64,000 bases of DNA. Origin: an uncultured Alphaproteobacteria bacterium. Lineage in GTDB: Bacteria > Pseudomonadota > Alphaproteobacteria > Rhizobiales > Aestuariivirgaceae. The notes under the pieces were generated by a model. That model did no database searches. It was given only the letters and a program-made list of their open reading frames with translations, and was not told where the DNA came from. The translations under genes were made by a program, and so were the position numbers. Below are positions 57,840 to 64,000 of the stretch, in pieces (position 1 is the first letter of the stretch; every line of letters begins with the position of its first letter). The DNA is taken from positions 215,168 to 279,167 of the forward strand of contig CAVTXF010000002.1 in assembly GCA_963738595.1 (NCBI GenBank), in the 5' to 3' direction.

Positions 57840-60800
57840 TTACAGAATGAAATCGACCGCTCTCAATTCGTGGTGACCTGCCAGCTCAATCTGGAAATCA
57901 GCCTTGGCATCGCCGTCAACGTCAACTGCAACAATCGTGTTGTCACCCGAGAAGCGATAGTCAACGTCTCCGGCCCGGCCCGAAAGCCCATGCCAGCCGA
58001 TGAACTTGAAGGCGTTGTTGCCGCTGGCAAAGCTGTTGGCGTCAATCGATGACAGATCAATCCTGTCGGTTCCCTGGTTGAAATCCATGACCACATCGCG
58101 TGATCCTGCAGCGGTGCCGGAGTCCTTCAGGGAATTGAAGTCGAAGACGTCCTTGCCGCCACCGCCCCGCATCGTGTCCACCCCGGTTCCGCCTGCGAGA
58201 CGGTTGGCAGATTCGTTGCCGATCATGATGTTGTCAAGCGAATTGCCGATGCCGTTAATTGCCTTGGTGCCGCTCAGTTGCACGCTTTCGACATTTGCAC
58301 CGAGGCGGAAATTGACCAAGGTCTTGACCAGATCGCGGTCGGCATTGGCGGTTTCGATAACCTGGTCGCTGGACCCGTCGACGATATAGATATCGGTGCC
58401 AGAGCCACCATAGAGCTTGTCAGCGCCGAGGCCACCATTCAGCACGTCATTGCCGCCGCCGCCGCTCAGCATGTCATCACTCTGGCCGCCGAATATCTTG
58501 TTGGCGCCCTTGTTGCCGACGATGGAATTTGCCAGGGCGTTGCCTGTTGCGTCGAGTGCTGCAGATCCCGTGAGCATGAGATTTTCGACATAGGCACCCA
58601 GCGTGTAGCTGATTGAGGATCTTACGGTGTCAGTTCCACCGTTTGCAATCTCAACAGCCCGGTCGCCAGAGTCATCGACGTAGTAAGTATCATTGCCGTC
58701 GCCGCCGTAGAGCATGTCGGCACCAGCGGCACCATTGAGCGAATCATCACCCGCGAGGCCGTAGATCGTGTTGTTGTCGGCATCGCCATTCAGCGTATCG
58801 GAATTGCCCGTGCCATTGTTGGTCGTTCCACCGCCAGTTCCACCACCTGTGCCGCCGCCTGTTCCACCACCTGTTCCTGCGGTCAGATTTGCCAAGGTGA
58901 CAGTGCCGTCGGAGAATTTGAAATTCTCGACGTTGGTGACCGTTTCGACGCCGTCGCGGCCTGTCGTCAGATCGGTAATCCTGACCGTCGTGGCATTGAT
59001 GGAAGTGACCTGATAGTTGGCCTTTGCGCCCGTAAGCACTAGCGTATCGTCACCTGCTCCGCCATCAACCGCATCGTCGCCACCGAGACCGGACAGGGTG
59101 TTGCTGGCGCTGTTGCCCGTGAGGCGGTTGGCAAGGCTATTGCCCGTGCCATTCGTTGCGCTTGTCCCGGTGAGTTCAAGGTTTTCAACGTTTGCGCCGA
59201 GGATATAGGCAATCGCAGACCTGACAGTGTCAGTTCCTTCGTTTGCCTGTTCCGTGATCGTGTTGCCGCCTGTGTTGATGACATAGATATCATCGCCCAG
59301 ACCGCCGACCAATGTGTCGGCACCCACAGCCGCCGTCAGCGTATCATTGCCGGCAAGGCCGTTGATGGTGTTGTTCATTGAATTGCCGGTCAGCGTGTCG
59401 GCACTTGCGGTGCCGTTGATCACGACAGGGTCACCGGGAACAACAACCGGAATGAAGCTTGCGACGGTATAGGAGGTGCCGCCGATTTCGATTTTGGTGA
59501 TGCCCGAGAGCGTGTCGGTGACGCCGCCAATCGTAACGGTGGCGTGGGTGGCGTCCGTTGCGGTGATGGAGTAGTTCCCAACGGCACCCGTGTAGACGGC
59601 TGTATCAGTACCGCCGCCGCCCGTCAGTGTGTTGGTGGCGCTGTTGCCGGTGAGACGGTTGTCCAACGTGTTGCCGGTTCCATTGCTTGCACCCGAACCG
59701 GTGAGTTCAAGGTTTTCGACGTTTGCGCCGAGGCTATAGGTGATTGCCGACCTGACAGTGTCGGTGCCTTCGTTTGCCTGTTCCGTGATGGTGTTGCCGC
59801 CCGCGTTGATGACATAGATATCATCGCCCAGACCGCCGACCAATGTGTCGGCACCCAAAGCTGCCGTCAGTGTATCATTGCCGCCGAGGCCATTGATGGT
59901 GTTGTTCTGCGAATTGCCAGTCAGCGTGTCGGCACCCGCGGTGCCATTGATGACGACGGGATCGGCCGGGACAACAACCGGAATGAAACTTGCGACGGTA
60001 TAGGAGGTGCCGCCGATTTCGATGGTGGTGATGCCCGAGAGCGTGTCGGTGACGCCGCCAATCGTAACGGTTGCGTGGGTGGCGTCCGTTGCGGTGATGG
60101 AATAGTTCCCCACAGCACCCGTGTAGACGGCCGTATCGGTGCCGCCGCCGCCAGTCAACATGTTGCTGGCGCTGTTGCCGGTGATGCGGTTGTTGAGTGC
60201 GTTGCCGGTGCCATTGATCGCGGTGGACCCGGTGAGGACCAGGTTTTCAACATTGGCTGTCAGGGTGTAGCTGACTGCTGCGTTGACAGTGTCGGTGCCT
60301 TCATTGGCATTTTCGACGACGACATGGCCGCCGGCATCATTGATGTTAAAGGTATCATTGCCCTGACCACCATTCATCGTGTCGGTGCCGCCGGAGGCGG
60401 TGATCGTGTCGTTGCCGGCCAGACCATTGATGGTGTTGCTGACGGAGTTGCCCGTCAATGTGTCAGCGCCTGCGGTGCCATCGATTTGGACCGGCGTGAC
60501 TGGAGGTGGAGGAGGAGGTGGTGGCGGTGGTGGAGCAACCGTGACCAGCGTGCCGATGGCAAAGGTGCCGTCAGTGAATTTCACGTTTTCGATGTTGAGC
60601 AACTGGTCAGTGCCGTCAGCACCCGTGTTATCAACGATCTGGTACGTGGTGCCACTTACTAATGTGACAGTGTAATTGGCTTTTGCGCCCTGCATCACAA
60701 CAGTGTCTGTGCCTGCCGCGCCGTCGATCGTGTCATTGCCACCCAAACCAAAAAGCCATGCATCGGATGCAGTCGTACCTGTAATCGTATTTGCAGCGGC

Positions 60801-61064
60801 AGTGCCCAAGTTCAGTGTGATGTCAGCATATTTGAACACTTCGAAATTCTTGAACTGCATTGTCCCTGCGCCGCTTGCGCTGGTTGCCACCAGTGTGCCA
60901 TCGTTGAGGGCACTGAGTGTGAAGTAGCGCGCAGCTGCCGAGCGGGTGTCGGTACAAGAAATCGTATCTGTACCGGCAAGACCATCATAAATATTATTCC
61001 AAGTGAGACCCTGCTTCAGCACGGAGTTGGTGTCATTACCTGTGGTATGATTGATCAGTGCCAT
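57840..61064 (-). CDS. Large RTX/Ca2+-binding repeat protein, probable type I secretion substrate (1074 aa, no catalytic domain seen)
   Basis: Start reassigned to ATG 61064 (GGAGA RBS); many GGxGxDxL nonapeptides, VENL.LTG beta-roll repeats, serralysin-like C-terminus D.IDLSSIDAN...DFIL; no Sec signal. Confidence 0.9.
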   Translation of the reverse strand: MALINHTTGNDTNSVLKQGLTWNNIYDGLAGTDTISCTDTRSAAARYFTLSALNDGTLVATSASGAGTMQFKNFEVFKYADITLNLGTAAANTITGTTASDAWLFGLGGNDTIDGAAGTDTVVMQGAKANYTVTLVSGTTYQIVDNTGADGTDQLLNIENVKFTDGTFAIGTLVTVAPPPPPPPPPPPVTPVQIDGTAGADTLTGNSVSNTINGLAGNDTITASGGTDTMNGGQGNDTFNINDAGGHVVVENANEGTDTVNAAVSYTLTANVENLVLTGSTAINGTGNALNNRITGNSASNMLTGGGGTDTAVYTGAVGNYSITATDATHATVTIGGVTDTLSGITTIEIGGTSYTVASFIPVVVPADPVVINGTAGADTLTGNSQNNTINGLGGNDTLTAALGADTLVGGLGDDIYVINAGGNTITEQANEGTDTVRSAITYSLGANVENLELTGSGASNGTGNTLDNRLTGNSATNTLTGGGGTDTAVYTGAVGNYSITATDATHATVTIGGVTDTLSGITKIEIGGTSYTVASFIPVVVPGDPVVINGTASADTLTGNSMNNTINGLAGNDTLTAAVGADTLVGGLGDDIYVINTGGNTITEQANEGTDTVRSAIAYILGANVENLELTGTSATNGTGNSLANRLTGNSASNTLSGLGGDDAVDGGAGDDTLVLTGAKANYQVTSINATTVRITDLTTGRDGVETVTNVENFKFSDGTVTLANLTAGTGGGTGGGTGGGTGGGTTNNGTGNSDTLNGDADNNTIYGLAGDDSLNGAAGADMLYGGDGNDTYYVDDSGDRAVEIANGGTDTVRSSISYTLGAYVENLMLTGSAALDATGNALANSIVGNKGANKIFGGQSDDMLSGGGGNDVLNGGLGADKLYGGSGTDIYIVDGSSDQVIETANADRDLVKTLVNFRLGANVESVQLSGTKAINGIGNSLDNIMIGNESANRLAGGTGVDTMRGGGGKDVFDFNSLKDSGTAAGSRDVVMDFNQGTDRIDLSSIDANSFASGNNAFKFIGWHGLSGRAGDVDYRFSGDNTIVAVDVDGDAKADFQIELAGHHELRAVDFIL
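58820..58880 (-). repeat. (GGGT)n linker inside the RTX protein
   Basis: Translation AGTGGGTGGGTGGGTGGGTT. Confidence 0.8.
59100..60180 (-). repeat. Tandem duplication with 531-nt (177-aa) period inside the RTX gene
   Basis: GTGTAGACGG at 59590 and 60121; AGGAGGTGCC at 59471 and 60002; protein copies near-identical; boundaries approximate. Confidence 0.9.
60501..60533 (-). repeat. Eleven consecutive Pro codons (poly-proline linker)
   Basis: Minus-strand CCN x11, mixed CCA/CCT/CCG. Confidence 0.9.
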
Positions 61065-61193
61065 TTCGCTTCTCCAGACGGACAGAATTTCAAATAGGGC
61101 CGACCAATGATGTTTGCCCGGCACGGGTTCAGAAAAATTTTCTCGGTTTTGATTGTTTGAGGCGGCACGCCGCCCCAAACTTACATGTCATTC

Positions 61194-62006
61194 TCAGGCG
61201 ATGAAATCGACGCTGGTCAGCGTCTTCAAGCCCAGCAAGTCAATGGTGAAATCGACAATCTTGTCGCCGTTCACGTCACCTGAAATGATCGTGTGTCCGG
61301 AGGCCTGACTGTAATGCAGTTCACCGGCGATCTTGTGGAACACAGTGCCCTTGGTAATGGTGCCAAACTTGTGCGAGGCATTTGTCGGATTGATCGTGGA
61401 CAGGTCGATCTTGTCCACACCATGGGTGAAATCGGTGATTTGGTCACGGGTCGAGGACGTTTTCCCCGTTTCCGTGATGGCGTTGAAATCAAAGATGTCC
61501 TTGTCGGCACCACCGGTCAAGCGATCTGCGCCTGCACCGCCGATCAGTTTGTCAGCTCCCGCTCCACCCATCAGCCAGTCACCGCCACCCAGACCCGAAA
61601 TCGTATCAGCGCCACCAAGTCCAAAAAGGAACTTGTCAGCAAGCTTGCCGCCAGTCACCTTGTCCGCTGCAGCTGTGCCGAGGTTGATGCTCAAATCTAC
61701 GATCGTCGAGTGGGTCTTGTACCACGTGAATTTTTCAACATTTTTGAACTTTGTGATGCTGCCACTGGACACAGTCATCGTCATCACGCCGTCGGCAGTC
61801 GCCGTCAAGGTGAAGTATTTTCCGTAATTATTGTCAGATGTAACAGTGTCTATGCCGCCAAGTCCATCAACAGTCTGTCCCTTGAGATTGGCGAACCCGG
61901 ATGTGTCATCTCCTGGAATAACGTAGCCGGGTGATCCATTCAGGTCATATGACGAACTAATAAACATATCGAGCTTATCGCTTCCAGCAGTCAGTAAAAC
62001 AGTCAT
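61194..62006 (-). CDS. Small RTX/Ca2+-binding protein, paralog of the large RTX protein, probable type I secretion substrate
   Basis: AGGAGAG RBS 12 nt after the apbE stop; GGAGADKL repeats; C-terminus D.IDLS...GDVNGD...DFIA; N-terminal domain aligns with that of 57840-61064. Confidence 0.85.
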   Translation of the reverse strand: MTVLLTAGSDKLDMFISSSYDLNGSPGYVIPGDDTSGFANLKGQTVDGLGGIDTVTSDNNYGKYFTLTATADGVMTMTVSSGSITKFKNVEKFTWYKTHSTIVDLSINLGTAAADKVTGGKLADKFLFGLGGADTISGLGGGDWLMGGAGADKLIGGAGADRLTGGADKDIFDFNAITETGKTSSTRDQITDFTHGVDKIDLSTINPTNASHKFGTITKGTVFHKIAGELHYSQASGHTIISGDVNGDKIVDFTIDLLGLKTLTSVDFIA

Positions 62007-62018
62007 TCAACTCTCTCC

Positions 62019-62924
62019 TTAGGTCGGTGGTTTATTCAAAAATTTCTGGCCGTGAATATCGACAAGTAGATATCCGCAACCTTCCTCAACTAAAAATTTC
62101 TCTGCTTTATTTTCCTTTAACATTGCAACCGTGGAATAAACGCCGGCCTTTAGCGTAGATGCCTGACTTATGCTGACAGAAGACCAACAATTCACGGGCC
62201 ATCCGGTTTTGGGATTAATAATATGACAATATCTGCGGCCATTTTGCATAAAGTACTTCACAGCATCGCCACTGGTGGCCAGTCCGCCGTTTGAAACCGG
62301 GATGGTCGCGATGATGGCCCCTTCTTCGCGGGGATTGGATACGCCGATCAGCCAATCCTCCCCGCCAAGCTGAGGACCCAGCGCACAAATATCGCCGCCG
62401 AGATTGACGTAACCGGAGCCTATACCGTGTTCTTTCAATTCCCTGCCAGCGCGGTCGGCTGCATATTCCTTGCCGAAACCGCCAAAGTCGATCTCCATTC
62501 CCGCTTCCCGCAAGCGTACTGAATCGTCTTTTATTTCAAGCTTGTTCCAGTCCACCAGTTGCAAAAATCCTGCAATGGTTTCATCAGAAGGAATGACAGG
62601 TTCGGCAAAATTCCAGGCCTTGCGCAACACACCCGAGGTGATGTCAAACAAGCCATCACTTTGAGTGTAAATCTGGTTGGCAAATCTGAAGAGACTTATT
62701 GTTTCAGGGTCACATTCAATCCATTCGCCATTTCCGGCGCGGCTGTTGATGCGATAGATAATGCTGGAATCGTCAAAGCGGTAACGCGAATACTTGTCCT
62801 GTATGCGCAGAACTTCCCTCGCAGCTGCTTCCATTGCAGTTGCTGCGTGCTGATGGCCATCTGTTACAATGACAATTTCATTTTCGCCACCCATGGCAAA
62901 AAATGTTGTTCGGAAATTCTGCAT
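62019..62924 (-). CDS. apbE: FAD:protein FMN transferase (ApbE family) with no signal peptide
   Basis: FFAMGG, FDITSG, DFGGFGKEYAAD, NLGGD, ATSGD, HIINPKTGWP; an in-frame TAG two codons upstream of the ATG rules out an N-terminal extension. Confidence 0.88.
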   Translation of the reverse strand: MQNFRTTFFAMGGENEIVIVTDGHQHAATAMEAAAREVLRIQDKYSRYRFDDSSIIYRINSRAGNGEWIECDPETISLFRFANQIYTQSDGLFDITSGVLRKAWNFAEPVIPSDETIAGFLQLVDWNKLEIKDDSVRLREAGMEIDFGGFGKEYAADRAGRELKEHGIGSGYVNLGGDICALGPQLGGEDWLIGVSNPREEGAIIATIPVSNGGLATSGDAVKYFMQNGRRYCHIINPKTGWPVNCWSSVSISQASTLKAGVYSTVAMLKENKAEKFLVEEGCGYLLVDIHGQKFLNKPPT

Positions 62925-62943
62925 TCCCTAAAGCGCCCACAAT

Positions 62944-62961
62944 GGAGCCGTTCCCGGCTCC
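62944..62961 (-). other. 7-bp hairpin with GGAA tetraloop upstream of apbE
   Basis: Minus strand GGAGCCG-GGAA-CGGCTCC; no clear U-tract. Confidence 0.45.
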
Positions 62962-63057
62962 GAACTGGTTGCCAATTGTGGCATCCTTATGTCTGACCAC
63001 TAAGGTATAGATATTATTTCCAAATATAAATTGTCACTAAAAGACGATTCAACTGTG

Positions 63058-64000
63058 TCAGCGCCGCTTCTTCTTCGCAATAGCCGGAGGGTTGAGGCGT
63101 GGTGCGGCCTGACCTTGTGCATCAAAGAGGTGGCAATTCGCAGGTTCGAAAGTGAGGTTGACCGTGTCGCCGATGTCAAAGGCTTCAACACCGTCTACGA
63201 GGGCGGTGAGGGGACGCTCCGAACCGATGTCGGCTTCAAGGAATGTCTGATGGCCGAGAAGTTCCACAAGGCCAATCGTGCCTTTGCAAGTCGCTTTTTT
63301 TGCGGTGGCCCCAACATGTTCGGGGCGGATGCCGACCTGCACCGGCTGGCCTTGCGACAGGCCCTGCGGAGAAACCGGGACATTGATCTTGCCGGTGCCC
63401 TTGCAGTCGACCGTCACACCGGTTTTTGCCACAGCCGTGATTTCGCCCGGCAGGAAGTTCATCTTGGGTGAACCGATGAAGCCTGCGACAAACTGGTTTT
63501 GCGGCTGGTGATAAAGCTCTAAGGGCGAGCCAAACTGGCGAACGGTTCCGGCATCGAGCACAACAATGCGATCCGCCAGTGTCATTGCTTCCACCTGATC
63601 ATGCGTCACATAGACCATGGTTGCACCGAGATCACGATGCAGCTTGGCGATTTCGGCTCGGGTGCCGACACGCAATGCGGCATCGAGATTGGACAGCGGT
63701 TCATCGAACAGAAAAACTTCCGGCCTGCGCACAATGGCGCGGCCGATGGCGACGCGCTGGCGCTGGCCGCCGGAGAGCTGCGAGGGTTTGCGATCGAGCA
63801 ATGGCTCGAGCTTCAACATGCGGGCGGCTTCGGCGACCTTGGTTTCGATTTCACCTTTCGGTGCGCCGGCAATGCGCAAGCCGAAGGAAACATTGTCGCG
63901 CACGGTCATGTGTGGAAACAGCGCATAGGACTGGAACACCATGGCGATGGAGCGGTCTTTGGGCGGCAGGTCGTTGACGACACGATCCGCGATGCTGATT
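63058..64000 (-). CDS. CUT1 sugar ABC ATPase (MalK family), 5' end beyond the window
   Basis: The frame continues to the edge ([23 protein letters not shown]); [35 protein letters not shown]. Confidence 0.93.
   Translation of the reverse strand, partial: ISIADRVVNDLPPKDRSIAMVFQSYALFPHMTVRDNVSFGLRIAGAPKGEIETKVAEAARMLKLEPLLDRKPSQLSGGQRQRVAIGRAIVRRPEVFLFDEPLSNLDAALRVGTRAEIAKLHRDLGATMVYVTHDQVEAMTLADRIVVLDAGTVRQFGSPLELYHQPQNQFVAGFIGSPKMNFLPGEITAVAKTGVTVDCKGTGKINVPVSPQGLSQGQPVQVGIRPEHVGATAKKATCKGTIGLVELLGHQTFLEADIGSERPLTALVDGVEAFDIGDTVNLTFEPANCHLFDAQGQAAPRLNPPAIAKKKRR

Noticed and set aside
4820-61178. Longest-ORF starts from the supplied track (5377, 12198, 13439, 17033, 17985, 36031, 38973, 40951, 43177, 49231, 49710, 51548, 61178)
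   Set aside because: The extensions overlap neighbours or precede clear RBS/signal-peptide starts, so I used downstream starts.
57840-62006. Serralysin protease or RTX toxin call
   Set aside because: Only the repeats and the C-terminal secretion-type domain are present; I saw no HExxHxxGxxH motif, pore-forming domain or acyltransferase gene.
45187-63057. att sites or target-site duplication around the redox island
   Set aside because: No matching direct repeats were found by eye at either edge, and there is no integrase, transposase or tRNA.
42600-63800. Near-identical DNA stretches shared by the malK genes at 42116 and 63058, as island-flanking repeats
   Set aside because: They encode the conserved ABC signature/Walker B region and are also similar in the malK at 18015; ordinary paralogy.
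1-64000. tRNA, rRNA, riboswitch or IS elements
   Set aside because: None recognisable; intergenic gaps are short and explained by promoters or hairpins. A covariance-model scan (Infernal/Rfam) was not possible.

Overview
Gene-dense, GC-rich (about 58% by spot count) bacterial DNA. Protein families and operon style suggest an alphaproteobacterium, probably Hyphomicrobiales-like (inference, not a database result). The window has six blocks. (1) 48-8738: 4-hydroxyphenylacetate/homoprotocatechuate catabolic cluster (hpaBC, hpaR, hpaF-E-D, an AraC regulator, an FAH-family gene) with an aromatic amino acid decarboxylase embedded in it. (2) 8794-21654: two divergent sugar uptake/catabolism operons, one allose-like (RpiR regulator, ABC transporter, xylose-isomerase-fold enzyme) and one CUT1 ABC transporter with two SDRs and a TIM-barrel enzyme. 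(3) 21665-36059: a sigma54-driven urtABCDE-ureDABCEFG operon that runs by overlapping codons into the ATP-grasp/alpha-E/transglutaminase/Anbu module. (4) 36204-45186: an arabinofuranoside locus (GH51, GH127, ABC importer, regulator). (5) 45226-63057: an accessory redox island, the most interesting part. It encodes a ferric-reductase-type bis-heme membrane protein, 18-heme and 17-heme cytochromes c, a TPR/beta-barrel outer-membrane protein, a dedicated ccmFHI set, a membrane-anchored circularly permuted ferredoxin-flavoprotein, an exported SEL1/ankyrin protein, two paralogous RTX-type secreted proteins and an ApbE flavin transferase with no signal peptide. (6) 63058-end: a partial sugar ABC ATPase. 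Together the island genes could form a cytoplasm-to-cell-surface electron conduit, possibly extended by flavinylated secreted proteins; this is a hypothesis. I saw no tRNA, rRNA, CRISPR array, IS or integrase. All calls come from motif recognition by eye; no searches were run.
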